Of a stretch of 64,000 bases of DNA, positions 18,957 through 28,672 are shown in pieces. The stretch covers positions 1-64,000 of IMG/VR virus record IMGVR_UViG_3300036781_000838; one strand, given 5' to 3'. This DNA comes from a virus. The stretch's first letter is position 1, and each line of letters opens with the position of its first letter. Both the position numbers and the translations under genes were made by a program. The notes beneath the pieces are model-generated. The model had not been told where the DNA came from, searched no databases, and worked only from the letters and a program-made list of their open reading frames with translations.

Positions 18957-20312
18957 ATGGCTAATTTTCCGTACGCCCACCAAAAGCTACTTGTACTCAA
19001 TGGAACAGTCAACGCCACTGGTGACTCTTCTACATTAACTGCTGGCGAATTCGGTATCTACAACAAAAATACCAATGTAGTTGTCACGCCCGCTAATGCC
19101 GGAGCCAATCCCTACGTTTACCTGGCGCAGGGCTCTTATTACACCAAAGATTCTGTTGGAAATACCCCATTAGTGGGGCTAAAGGAATCGCTAAAATCAC
19201 CAGGGATCAACGCAAAGTATGTCACCCGTTTTTATAAGATTGGGGCAAAAGCAGCCGCCAATAATATTATCAAAGTGGGGGGCGCCAGTGATTTGCAATT
19301 CCAGTCTGATTTTACCTACCGGCTTCGCGTAGAAGCCAAAGGCTCTCCGGCGCTAAGGACCCTGAACCGGCACTTATACAAAAATGTTCCCTTCTTTACC
19401 GGCTGCGCTACTTCTCAGTGCCTGACCGGGTGCGATAAGGAATATGTGGACGCTGGCACCGTCTATAAAGGGTGGGCAGATTACATCAACGCAGATCCTT
19501 TGCTCAGCCTGTTTGTAATTGCTACTCCCTATCGTGAGATAGCTACCTTTTCGGGGGTATGGGCAGCAGGAGCGAGTAATGTAATCGCTTCTGATATCAG
19601 CCAATTGGTGGTTGGTCAGACCTTAATTGGTCCCGGGCTATTTGGGACCATAACTGGGTTTGTAGGGAACATCGTGAACCTGGATACCCCTAATACAAAA
19701 AGCGGATTGGCTGTCCCAGTCTCTGTGGGGGCAGTGATCGATAACACCTATGTTCCTGCACCCAATAGTACCACGGTACCAACTTCGGTAGCTTACTTAC
19801 TACTAACAGCCGCTTATATTGATACGGTTTTTTCAGACTGCTCGTTCAATCCAATCGACTTTTACCAAAAGGAGCCTATTATCCTGTACGCTTCATTGGT
19901 AGATGAAACAGGAAACCCTTGTCATACCGGACCACACATAAACAGTAATACCAACGAAAATACGGAGCAGGTCAGGGAACCGGTTCAACCTGAAGGACTC
20001 GGAGAAACCGTCTTGAGGGATTATATCAAGGCACGGGAATACGATGGTATCCACTTTAACAGGTGGCCCCGGAAAAGAGAGGTCGAGATTGACCCGGCCT
20101 TCCAGGTAGTTACCCGGAGCAAAAGCTACAATCGCTATTATTTTCAGTTCAATGTGCCGAAGTTTTCAAACTCCACCAATACATTCAATAACGATCAGTT
20201 CCTGTATGGCTTCGCTTTTGAGTCAACCATTGATACCACTGCCTTTGAAGCCTTAATGACAGCGTGGTTGGCAGCAAACAATCCTCTTGTAACGCTGGAG
20301 GTGATAAATTAA
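18957..20312 (+). CDS. virion structural protein, probable auxiliary capsid protein
   Basis: 451 aa, beta-rich; syntenic with crAss-like auxiliary capsid genes; has its own promoter and terminator, consistent with a high-copy protein. Confidence 0.55.
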   Translation: MANFPYAHQKLLVLNGTVNATGDSSTLTAGEFGIYNKNTNVVVTPANAGANPYVYLAQGSYYTKDSVGNTPLVGLKESLKSPGINAKYVTRFYKIGAKAAANNIIKVGGASDLQFQSDFTYRLRVEAKGSPALRTLNRHLYKNVPFFTGCATSQCLTGCDKEYVDAGTVYKGWADYINADPLLSLFVIATPYREIATFSGVWAAGASNVIASDISQLVVGQTLIGPGLFGTITGFVGNIVNLDTPNTKSGLAVPVSVGAVIDNTYVPAPNSTTVPTSVAYLLLTAAYIDTVFSDCSFNPIDFYQKEPIILYASLVDETGNPCHTGPHINSNTNENTEQVREPVQPEGLGETVLRDYIKAREYDGIHFNRWPRKREVEIDPAFQVVTRSKSYNRYYFQFNVPKFSNSTNTFNNDQFLYGFAFESTIDTTAFEALMTAWLAANNPLVTLEVIN

Positions 20313-20332
20313 CGCCCTTATCCTATGAAAGT

Positions 20333-20366
20333 AAAGGAGAGTCAGTTAGCCTGGCTCTCCTTTTTT
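20333..20366 (+). terminator. intrinsic terminator (possibly bidirectional)
   Basis: AAAGGAGAGTCAG-ttagc-CTGGCTCTCCTTTTTT. Confidence 0.8.
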
Positions 20367-20375
20367 AAAACCCTA

Positions 20376-20573
20376 TTATAGGTCCCCATTTAATACTTGC
20401 CGGACAACAAGGGCTATTTCATCATTAACGTCGTCAGGACCTTTGAAATCGCCGAATTTTCCTATGGCGTCTTCTACCATGAGTGTTCTCCATGAACTGG
20501 GATCTTCCCGTCGATAATCATCCATTTCCGAGTTGACCCACTCAATGATCTTTTGTTTAGTGCTGTCATCCAT
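20376..20573 (-). CDS. small acidic hypothetical protein (moron-like)
   Basis: 65-aa ORF filling the gap between + strand genes and converging on the terminator. Confidence 0.55.
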   Translation of the reverse strand: MDDSTKQKIIEWVNSEMDDYRREDPSSWRTLMVEDAIGKFGDFKGPDDVNDEIALVVRQVLNGDL

Positions 20574-20663
20574 ATTTTGAGAGATTGTTTACTATATAAA
20601 GGGTAAAAGGAAGGTGCAAATGAAAAGACATTAAGGCACCATCATTTTTCAACCTAATTATTT

Positions 20664-20678
20664 GTATATTCTATATGG
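20664..20678 (+). promoter_or_regulatory. putative late-type promoter core
   Basis: GTATATTCTATATGG; no TTTG at -33. Confidence 0.35.
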
Positions 20679-20688
20679 GTCCTTTCCT

Positions 20689-21234
20689 ATGAATAAGCAT
20701 ATCCTAAGTCTTGACATTCCCGTTACCTACAATCCGAAAATTTTACGGATTGTAGATACGAGTCAATATGCTACTCATATACCAGTCAACTGTTCGAGGA
20801 TATTCATTACACCCCCCGGGTACAATCTGCCCGTTGAAATTGATACCAACCCAGGCACAACAGAGATACTTACAGCTTGTTGTTTGAATATTCAAAGGAG
20901 TGGTTGTGAAGATAGCCAGGTGAATCTGCCCGATGGTATTTACGTTGTCCGGTACGAAGTATCGCCGTTGGATAAGGTCTATGTCGAGTACAATCACCTT
21001 CGGGTTACGAACATTTTGAACCAATATTTTTATGAACTGGGTAAAATCTGTTTAAACCTGGAAGAACCTACCCAGGAGGCGATGGACGACCTGGATGCCC
21101 TGAGTGTCGTTAAATCCTATATCGATGCAGCAGTTGTGAAAGTGGAAATACGACATGAACCCCAGGATGGTTTGGCGCTGATCGACTATGCCAGTAAAAG
21201 GCTGCTCAGGTATATCCGTAAAAGTGTGTGTTAA
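20689..21234 (+). CDS. virion structural protein (tail hub/collar-like)
   Basis: 'LPDGIYVVRYEVSP' Ig-like strand plus helical C-terminus; ATG at 20689 in CCTATG context. Confidence 0.55.
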   Translation: MNKHILSLDIPVTYNPKILRIVDTSQYATHIPVNCSRIFITPPGYNLPVEIDTNPGTTEILTACCLNIQRSGCEDSQVNLPDGIYVVRYEVSPLDKVYVEYNHLRVTNILNQYFYELGKICLNLEEPTQEAMDDLDALSVVKSYIDAAVVKVEIRHEPQDGLALIDYASKRLLRYIRKSVC

Positions 21235-21253
21235 ACTTCAAAACCAAATAACG

Positions 21254-21430
21254 ATGAATTGCCTTAATTGTGGCTCTCCCATTACCTGCGGATGTCAGAA
21301 AAGAACCGCTTCAGATGGAAATCACTGCTGTTCCAATTGTATCACTACGTATGAAAATAAACTGAAGGCAGGAAATAAGAAAGACGATCAAACACTGACC
21401 CCTCAACAGGTCATAGCCATTAACAAATGA
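21254..21430 (+). CDS. small Cys-rich protein
   Basis: MNCLNCGSPITCGCQKRTASDGNHCCSNC (7 Cys in 29 aa). Confidence 0.6.
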   Translation: MNCLNCGSPITCGCQKRTASDGNHCCSNCITTYENKLKAGNKKDDQTLTPQQVIAINK

Positions 21431-21996
21431 AAGACCTACGAAAAGAAGCAGATGAAATATACCAGGAATTTGCTGACGGCTTATTCAACCAATTCAAAAA
21501 AGAAAGGTTTGGGATTGGTTGTCAGATAAGAAATGATCCACGGACCATACAGAATCGACGGCAGTTACTAGAATGGCAGAATGGCATTTACGATGAGATT
21601 TTTGATAGGATTTCCTGCCATAGCGACAATACCAGTTGTGGTCACAATATAAATACAGCCGTGGCTTTCTTTGGATGGTTGCCGGACGCCTCCATACTTA
21701 TCAATAATGACGTAATACGAACTGTAGCCAAAGGAAATGCCTATTATGTTAGGGGTGGATCTATAAAATGTGACTATACGATTAACCTTGTACCCCAGAT
21801 CCTCTGGATGGCAGAACTGGCCACTGAGCCGTTAAAAAGAAAGTATGTGGTGGATGAGGGTATGGAAGGAGATATTGGGGATCCGGACAATGATTTATTT
21901 GGTACTCCGGTCCTGGTCGGTATGTACCGGCTTTATATGACTGCCTACCCGACACAACAGAATGAAAATTCGATTGAATTTAAAGTGAATAATTAG
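21427..21996 (+). CDS. hypothetical structural protein
   Basis: 189-aa ORF with ATGA overlap. Confidence 0.6.
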   Translation: MKDLRKEADEIYQEFADGLFNQFKKERFGIGCQIRNDPRTIQNRRQLLEWQNGIYDEIFDRISCHSDNTSCGHNINTAVAFFGWLPDASILINNDVIRTVAKGNAYYVRGGSIKCDYTINLVPQILWMAELATEPLKRKYVVDEGMEGDIGDPDNDLFGTPVLVGMYRLYMTAYPTQQNENSIEFKVNN

Positions 21997-21999
21997 AGA

Positions 22000-23520
22000 A
22001 TGCCAATACAGATAAATGAGAGCCTGCAGAATTTCTCACCTAAACCCCTGGACCGCAGGTATTGCAAGTTTTCGGGCGGGAAAGCTACTCCTTACAATGA
22101 GGTAGCCGAGGCATTGGCTGCGGTGAATATAGCCTATAGATACCAAGGACTGACACTGCTCATTAGCGTCGCCGGCGCGGTGAAAGAATACTGGTTCTAT
22201 GGTGGGACTGCGGACAGTAATTTGGTGCTCCGGGATATACCGTTAGCCTTGGTTGCCACAACAGGTTCGTACACCGATCTACTCAACCTACCAGGGCTGC
22301 CTCCAGGTCAGGTTAATTCCGATTGGGCTGCGGCAGATGGACTATCAGCAATATTGAATAAACCAACGGCGGTATCGGCATTCGCCAATGATGCAGGCTA
22401 CCTAAGTGCAATTGCTGCCATCAATGGTTTGTCCACGGTGAATAATACGGTTGTCTTTGGACAGGATGTCGGACAGCCAGGCAATCCGGCGGAGTTACAG
22501 AGTAGCCGGGAAATTCCATTAGGGTTCTGGTCCTTCCAATTTACAGACGATACGAGCACAATAGTCTTTTCCTCGGGGGATTTCAATATGACTTCCAATA
22601 TCGATGATTCCTTCTATTTTATTGATATTACTACCAATGGTTTTACGGCCATGAATTTGGTTGATACGGCCAGTGGAACTCCGTCTATATTTCTCAGCGG
22701 CGGGGGTAATAGCATCATTCGGAATGGAGGACTGAATGATCGTTTGGAAGTTACAGCAAACCAAATTAATGAGATTACAATTACCTCCGGGCTGTATTTA
22801 TATCCAGGCATTGATCTGGATAGTGTCACCCCAAGGGCTTATATATCCAGTGACATCGATCCAGCTACCGTACTGCCTGGTGGATCTTTAATAAAAGATG
22901 TTTACCAACAGGCCCTTGTTGTACTTAATACCAACGAGGATGATGCCGGGGTAGGCGACCCTGTACAAGGGACGTTTGCGGCTGTTTCAAAGACATGGAA
23001 TACCCTCACTTCACCTACCCTGATATTGGGTAAGGTTGATTCAAATATTAAATCGGGAGGCAATTCTAAACTTATCGATCTCCAGCTGGGCGGATTTAGC
23101 AGATTCAAGGTCTATGCAAACAGTGGGAATACCATCGTGGGGAATACCGATAATGGGAACTTTTTCCAGGTGCAGCAGCCACCTGTTTCAGGATCAACAT
23201 CTCCCAGCGCTATTCATATTACCACTGCATGGAATACAACGGCTGCCCCCTCCTTGGTAAAGGCGAACATTGCAGATACTGCTTCCAGCGACGCTAGCAG
23301 ATTGATCGATTTAGAGGTAAATAATGTACCGGTTTTCACCGTTACTAAAAAGGGGGAGGTTACAACCGGGGATCCGGGATCAGGGACCGGTAAATGGAAA
23401 TTAGGAAAACAGCAAAATGCATCAGTAGACCTGGATACAACTATGTACCTGGAAGTAAATGTTGATGGAATAGCCTATAAACTGGCCCTCGTAGCTATCG
23501 ATACTACTCCTCCATCATAA
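22000..23520 (+). CDS. fibre/spike protein
   Basis: N-terminal 'PLDRRY...RYQGL', fibre repeats 'VATTGSYTDL' and 'QVNSDW', G/S/T/N-rich beta body. Confidence 0.7.
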   Translation: MPIQINESLQNFSPKPLDRRYCKFSGGKATPYNEVAEALAAVNIAYRYQGLTLLISVAGAVKEYWFYGGTADSNLVLRDIPLALVATTGSYTDLLNLPGLPPGQVNSDWAAADGLSAILNKPTAVSAFANDAGYLSAIAAINGLSTVNNTVVFGQDVGQPGNPAELQSSREIPLGFWSFQFTDDTSTIVFSSGDFNMTSNIDDSFYFIDITTNGFTAMNLVDTASGTPSIFLSGGGNSIIRNGGLNDRLEVTANQINEITITSGLYLYPGIDLDSVTPRAYISSDIDPATVLPGGSLIKDVYQQALVVLNTNEDDAGVGDPVQGTFAAVSKTWNTLTSPTLILGKVDSNIKSGGNSKLIDLQLGGFSRFKVYANSGNTIVGNTDNGNFFQVQQPPVSGSTSPSAIHITTAWNTTAAPSLVKANIADTASSDASRLIDLEVNNVPVFTVTKKGEVTTGDPGSGTGKWKLGKQQNASVDLDTTMYLEVNVDGIAYKLALVAIDTTPPS

Positions 23521-23566
23521 AAACGATTCTCTTAGGTTAGAAAACTAATTTAAAACAACCTTTTCA

Positions 23567-23845
23567 ATGAACCAATATCCTTTCTTTGCTGAACTCATAC
23601 TCCGGCTCCAGATGGAGTCTCCCAAATTCTTTAAAAAATTCCAGACAGTATTCTATGTGCTTGCCGGCTTAGCGCAGCTTTTTACGGGATTACGGGATTT
23701 TGGGTTTGTCTTTCCCCCGGTAATTGCCGCTACCATGTCTCAGTCGAGCGCCATCATCCTTTTTTTGGCTGGCGTACTCTCTACCTTGCCCGTTAAAGAT
23801 ACAGGTCTATTACGAGACAAATTGGAGAAAAGATGCGGGAACTAA
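23567..23845 (+). CDS. holin-like small membrane protein
   Basis: 92 aa with two hydrophobic segments, 'SPKFFKK' before TM1 and a charged C-terminus. Confidence 0.5.
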   Translation: MNQYPFFAELILRLQMESPKFFKKFQTVFYVLAGLAQLFTGLRDFGFVFPPVIAATMSQSSAIILFLAGVLSTLPVKDTGLLRDKLEKRCGN

Positions 23846-23883
23846 TTTGTTAGATTCGGCCCAATCCGTTACATTATTAATGT
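23846..23883 (+). promoter_or_regulatory. putative late-type promoter (TTTG-N20-TACATTAT)
   Basis: TTTG at 23846 and TACATTAT at 23870. Confidence 0.55.
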
Positions 23884-23914
23884 AGGGTTATCTCTACCCA
23901 TACTCACCCATCCT

Positions 23915-25720
23915 ATGAAACCCACTGCTTCCAACATTAACAACAATACGTCCATAGTCTCATCATCGAATGATGTGTTGTGGCAAGGGGGGGATTTACC
24001 AGTCATCAACCTTTGCAAAGGCGACTCGGTGAGTGACGTAGTGCAAAAGGCAGCAGCAGTGCTTTCCAGCATAAAAACAGAACTGGATTTATCGGACCTG
24101 GATCTCCAGTGTATATTTGATCAATGCGCCACCTGTCCAAATCCGTCAAAAACACTCCATACTGTTCTAACGCTGCTGATAAACAAGGTTTGTGTACTCG
24201 CCGATTTGATCGGTGGTCCGGGTACGGGCACGACTGCTGAACCCAATGTGATCATTGCTAACTGCTTTCGGTTCACCGATTCAAATGGAGATGTTGTTAC
24301 CCAACTTGTCCATAGTGCCTATACGCAAGCAATCGGCTTGCAGGTCTGTTTGATACTAACCACCCTTAACGGGCAGGCAAATACTATCAGCAACCACGAA
24401 AGCCGGATAACGACCTTAGAGGGGGAAATTGCCCCGCCACCTACGCTTCAGGTAAGTGTGCAATGTGTGGCCCCGGGCAGTTCGACCGCAAACCCTATCG
24501 TAAAACCCATTGATACGGCTTTCCAGTTATTGGAAGGCCAGTTTTGTACATTAAGCACGGTACTGGGGGACTCTACCACACTCAACCAGGCGGTTTCGGC
24601 TGAACCGCAACCCGCCGCAAATTCTACGGGGGTATATTCTGTCAGTGATTCCACCCAGGCATTATGGGTAACGCCAGCTGCAACTGTTGGACAATTGCTA
24701 AAGCATTTTGACTTGGCTATCTCGGATCTCCGCGGAGCGGTTCAAACGATCCTTGAAAACTGTTGTAAAGTAACGTGTGATGATATTGTTGTCGATTTTG
24801 ACTCGAAACTATCCGACGATCGGCTGAGCTTGACCTTATTTTTCATTACAAAGTCAAAAATTCCGACAGGATACACCGACTGTAACGCCACCTTCGGAAA
24901 CTTACTGACCATTACCGACGCCCTGGGTAATGAAGCCCAGGCATTTGTAAAAATTGCTACTGAGGTTAATAATCCAACCGGGGTCGTTATCGATTTGTCT
25001 GCTACAGCAATCGATCCCTCCCAGGATTATGCGCTTTCCATGAATGCATGCCTAACCAATGGCGGCACCAATTGCGTTAAATGTATTACAAAATCCATCA
25101 CCTATAAAGACACCTGCAGCTACTGTGAAATCAGTGTTACCGGAGGTCACGGGATTTCTAATGGAAAAATCGTAGTGGTCTATCAAGATAGTACCGGGGC
25201 TACTCAATATACCAGTATTGCTGCAGGGCAGACCCAGGTCATCAAAAAATCGTCTACCATCAAGTCCATCATTGTCTATGGGAGTGCTACCTATACGTCC
25301 ACATGCGGTACCCTGCCAACGCCCGAAGCGACGAACTGTTATAAACTGTCCTGGGCGTTTGGAGAAACTAAAAATGGCGCTGATGGCTCTTTGGAAAGCG
25401 CCGTGATGAAATCCATTTCTATTTTGGGAACAGTTTACCCGGTGAATATTGCCAAAGACCTAAGCCAGTACACGACGTTTTTCAAAACCTTTCCGCCGGC
25501 AGCGAATGGGCTTATTAATTTCTCTTCCATCGTCAGCAATGGTTTTGATGAGCATACGGATTTCAAGTTCTATTTCCAGACAACCCCAACGGTGGCAGCC
25601 AGTATCCAGGCGTACCTGGGTATGGCGGATGGCAGCCCTTCTGTTGGCTTTGATAATGGGGCGTTTGTTACTCCTGTTCAAAGCGATGGTAGTTGTACTG
25701 CCCAGACCACGATCCTATAA
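23915..25720 (+). CDS. Cys-rich tail fibre/collar protein
   Basis: 601 aa; 'WQGGDLP...GDSVSDVV', short coiled coil 'HESRITTLE', many Cys. Confidence 0.65.
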   Translation: MKPTASNINNNTSIVSSSNDVLWQGGDLPVINLCKGDSVSDVVQKAAAVLSSIKTELDLSDLDLQCIFDQCATCPNPSKTLHTVLTLLINKVCVLADLIGGPGTGTTAEPNVIIANCFRFTDSNGDVVTQLVHSAYTQAIGLQVCLILTTLNGQANTISNHESRITTLEGEIAPPPTLQVSVQCVAPGSSTANPIVKPIDTAFQLLEGQFCTLSTVLGDSTTLNQAVSAEPQPAANSTGVYSVSDSTQALWVTPAATVGQLLKHFDLAISDLRGAVQTILENCCKVTCDDIVVDFDSKLSDDRLSLTLFFITKSKIPTGYTDCNATFGNLLTITDALGNEAQAFVKIATEVNNPTGVVIDLSATAIDPSQDYALSMNACLTNGGTNCVKCITKSITYKDTCSYCEISVTGGHGISNGKIVVVYQDSTGATQYTSIAAGQTQVIKKSSTIKSIIVYGSATYTSTCGTLPTPEATNCYKLSWAFGETKNGADGSLESAVMKSISILGTVYPVNIAKDLSQYTTFFKTFPPAANGLINFSSIVSNGFDEHTDFKFYFQTTPTVAASIQAYLGMADGSPSVGFDNGAFVTPVQSDGSCTAQTTIL

Positions 25721-25731
25721 AATAACTATTA

Positions 25732-26238
25732 ATGAATAACTGTGGTTGTGATGATAACGTACCAAGGCATATACCGGTAACCAACTGCGTAGATGTAAGC
25801 CCTATTCAAAGCCCCTGCGTAAATGGCGAGGATTGTGAAGAAGTATTTCCTGCTGAATGTGTCCAGTACAACGGACCTGACCTAGAAAATATAAGTGTGC
25901 TGACCGGTGACCGCCTCGATGCGATATTGCGTAAGCTGAATATTAACGCAGGATCTCAGCCGGTTACCGTCAGAAGTAGTCCAACAGTTGCCCTTTCCGG
26001 GAACGGGTTGAATACTTCACCCCTTCAGGCAGCAGTAGTACTGGACCCGGATCCCGAAAATTTGATCACTGCGGGCGCCAACGGACTGTTGTTTAAATGG
26101 ACGGTAGAAAATGCGACCAGCCTGATGAATCTGGTCTTTTCGACACCAGCGTTGACGCAACTGTTCTGTAATACCCTTGACGAATGCGTGGCGCAAACCT
26201 GCAGCGTGGCCTCAAGCCTTTCTGTAACAATGAATTAA
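25732..26238 (+). CDS. Cys-rich fibre-associated protein
   Basis: 'CVQYNGPDL...GDRLDAIL' resembles the N-terminal motif of 23915..25720. Confidence 0.6.
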   Translation: MNNCGCDDNVPRHIPVTNCVDVSPIQSPCVNGEDCEEVFPAECVQYNGPDLENISVLTGDRLDAILRKLNINAGSQPVTVRSSPTVALSGNGLNTSPLQAAVVLDPDPENLITAGANGLLFKWTVENATSLMNLVFSTPALTQLFCNTLDECVAQTCSVASSLSVTMN

Positions 26239-26263
26239 ATACCCTAATACCTATTATTTTAAT

Positions 26264-26815
26264 ATGCCTACTGCTACCTTAATATGGACTCCCGGAGGAG
26301 GTGCAAATTCCCTAAGCCAGGATGTTCAATATAAAGTCCATACCGATACTAATTATTCCACAGCGGCCATTGTTGGTGCAACAGTCAACACCTATAATAT
26401 CCCCGGTCTTCTGGACAATACCATTTACGACTACAGTATCGTCGATAATTGTGCCGTGGGGGGACCTGTTGCAGGCACGCCTTTCCAAGCTATAAATATT
26501 ACCTGTCCAGCTGTATCGCTAACGCCGGCATACAACCAGGTCCAATATAACTTTAATGATTTGGGCGCGAGCATCACCTCTTACATGCTTACACTTTATG
26601 ATGGACCTGGGGCTAACGTGCTGGCCACTAACAATGCTGCAATCGGGGCGCCCGTTTCAGCGGCTTTTACAGGGCTCAATCCTTCCACCAATTACAAGGT
26701 AGGTATTACAGTGAATGCCGGGACATTTTCTAAAACCTGTCCCCCGCAGTCTTTCACTACACTGCCTCCTCCACCCTGTAACGCACCGACGAATGTAAGT
26801 GCGACCATGGTATAA
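26264..26815 (+). CDS. tandem fibronectin type III domain protein
   Basis: 'LIWTP...VQYK...GLLDNTIYDY' and 'FTGLNPSTNYKVGI'. Confidence 0.75.
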   Translation: MPTATLIWTPGGGANSLSQDVQYKVHTDTNYSTAAIVGATVNTYNIPGLLDNTIYDYSIVDNCAVGGPVAGTPFQAINITCPAVSLTPAYNQVQYNFNDLGASITSYMLTLYDGPGANVLATNNAAIGAPVSAAFTGLNPSTNYKVGITVNAGTFSKTCPPQSFTTLPPPPCNAPTNVSATMV

Positions 26816-26851
26816 GCTAAACAATTTGATGAAAACAAAACTACGGTCACT

Positions 26852-27919
26852 ATGTCCTCACTAACCATATCTTTTACACCATCCGATCCCGCCCCGGCAG
26901 ACGGATATGTCGTCAATTACCGAATAAAAGGCTCTTCAGATCCCTTTACCACCGTACTACCGGCGCCAACTTCCAGCCCGGTCGTTATACCTGGACTAAG
27001 TGAGGCAACTAACTATGAGGGTACTATTAGTGCCAACTGCGGTTATGGCCTTAGCACCATCGTCAACTTTCAATCGAATAACTGCTTTTGTCCGCCCGGT
27101 TACACGGTAAGCCCAGATAGTACCTATTGCTACCAGGAACTAAGCCAGGATGCGACTTATACGGGAGGGGACAATCCATTTCAAGCTTGCCATTTTACGT
27201 ATGAGCAATATTCTTTATTTGGAGCAGTTGCTTATCAATTAAATGGTTATAATCCGGACGGGACCTGGATCACGCCTCCCAATATCTATACGAACCTGGC
27301 TCCGGGGGCTATTCCAAATGCCAATGTAATCAATCACACTACCGGGCCTTTTATCAATATAGCCGGGGATAACATTAGCGGGAGGTTAAATGCTTCAGGG
27401 CTATGGGTATGCGGCAACCAAAATTATGCAGGAACGCTTGGTTTCTCCCGGCAGTTCAACCTGGCGACTTCAAAAGTGTATTATATTGGGTTGGGCGCAG
27501 ATAATTTCGCTTCAATAGCGATAAATGGTACAACTATCGTCAGCCAGAATAAAAGTGCTATGGCTGTGCCGAGCCAAATGAATGATGGCAGTGGTTCCTT
27601 TTTATTCCGTATGTGGTTTCTCTATCCCGTGCAAATGCAGTCGGGAGTCAATCTTATTCAAATCGAGGGAACAAACACTGATGGCATCGGTATATTCGGA
27701 TGCGAGATTTATGATGCAACCGAAGCCCAGCTCCTTGCCTGCAATTCAACCGACGACCTACAGCCTTTCATTGTTTTCAGTACAAAGGATGTGGCGGATA
27801 ATTCAGATTTTGATACCGGTAACTACAGTTGCTCCAGCTTCCCAGGATATCAACTGGTATTCGATAGTGGCTCCGGCACCTATACCTGTAAAATACTCAA
27901 CCAGTCAGCCTGCGCATAA
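26852..27919 (+). CDS. FN3 plus beta-sandwich (PA14-like) putative receptor-binding protein
   Basis: 'GYVVNYR...GLSEATNYEG', 'CPPGY', 'GLGADNFASIAING'. Confidence 0.65.
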   Translation: MSSLTISFTPSDPAPADGYVVNYRIKGSSDPFTTVLPAPTSSPVVIPGLSEATNYEGTISANCGYGLSTIVNFQSNNCFCPPGYTVSPDSTYCYQELSQDATYTGGDNPFQACHFTYEQYSLFGAVAYQLNGYNPDGTWITPPNIYTNLAPGAIPNANVINHTTGPFINIAGDNISGRLNASGLWVCGNQNYAGTLGFSRQFNLATSKVYYIGLGADNFASIAINGTTIVSQNKSAMAVPSQMNDGSGSFLFRMWFLYPVQMQSGVNLIQIEGTNTDGIGIFGCEIYDATEAQLLACNSTDDLQPFIVFSTKDVADNSDFDTGNYSCSSFPGYQLVFDSGSGTYTCKILNQSACA

Positions 27920-27932
27920 AAGAAACGGTAAG

Positions 27933-27999
27933 GTGCTCGGGTTTTGTTGGTTACCCCGAATAGCACACCCCTAGGTGTATCCACATCTGAGGGGTTTTT
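27933..27999 (+). terminator. double hairpin ending in an intrinsic terminator
   Basis: GTGCT-CGGG...CCCG-AAT-AGCAC followed by ACCCC-T-AGGTGT-atcc-ACATCT-GA-GGGGT-TTTT. Confidence 0.6.
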
Positions 28000-28000
28000 A

Positions 28001-28070
28001 TTTGTAGAATAATTAAGTATTCTCCAAATAATTTGTAGAATAAAGCGGTAATTTTGTAGATTATAATTGT
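28001..28070 (+). promoter_or_regulatory. putative late-type promoter with three TTTGTAGA copies
   Basis: TTTGTAGA at 28001, 28032 and 28053; TTTG(28032)-N21-TAGATTAT(28057). Confidence 0.5.
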
Positions 28071-28073
28071 ACG

Positions 28074-28658
28074 ATGAAGCATTTTAAAACACCAGATCTC
28101 CATGCGCCCAGGTACCGCCCACAAATAGTAGACATTGTTAATAAGGATTTTTTCACTGCCTTCAAAGTAAAATTCCCAGAGTATGCCCACTACTCCAACA
28201 AGGAATTGAAACAGAAGATCCAGCTCATCAATGGCGAGATATGGAAAACGGCGATTAATGAACGAGATGGGATAGAACTTCCCCATGGCTTAGGTTATCT
28301 TTTTATCGGAACCTGTCCCAAAAAGAAGGGGGAGAATACTGATTATCATGTCTCCGGGAAATACCAGAAGAAAGTGCAGCACAGGAACTGGGAAAGTGAT
28401 GATTATATCGCAAAAATATTTTATACTAATTATGAGCAAAAGTACCGGTTCAAGTTCCATGAGCTGTGGGGGTTTAAAGGAGTGCGCCAGTTTAAAAGAG
28501 CCGTTTCAGAACATTACCCCATCAACTGGAAACGCTACCAGATGATAGATAACTTTCAACATATTTCCCGACTTTTTCGCAAGCAGTCCTATAAATTAAA
28601 AAAGCAAGCTGATGAGCAGGAAATGTTGAAACTGTACAACGAGTTTGCGTTTGACTAA
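28074..28658 (+). CDS. IHF/HU-like protein of the crAss-like tail module
   Basis: 'GIELPHGLGYLFI'; position before the ring/tube genes. Confidence 0.6.
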   Translation: MKHFKTPDLHAPRYRPQIVDIVNKDFFTAFKVKFPEYAHYSNKELKQKIQLINGEIWKTAINERDGIELPHGLGYLFIGTCPKKKGENTDYHVSGKYQKKVQHRNWESDDYIAKIFYTNYEQKYRFKFHELWGFKGVRQFKRAVSEHYPINWKRYQMIDNFQHISRLFRKQSYKLKKQADEQEMLKLYNEFAFD

Positions 28659-28672
28659 ATTGATCCTATCCT

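Noticed and set aside
22000-27919. Diversity-generating retroelement or invertible fibre cassette
   Set aside because: No reverse transcriptase, invertase or TR/VR repeat pair was seen
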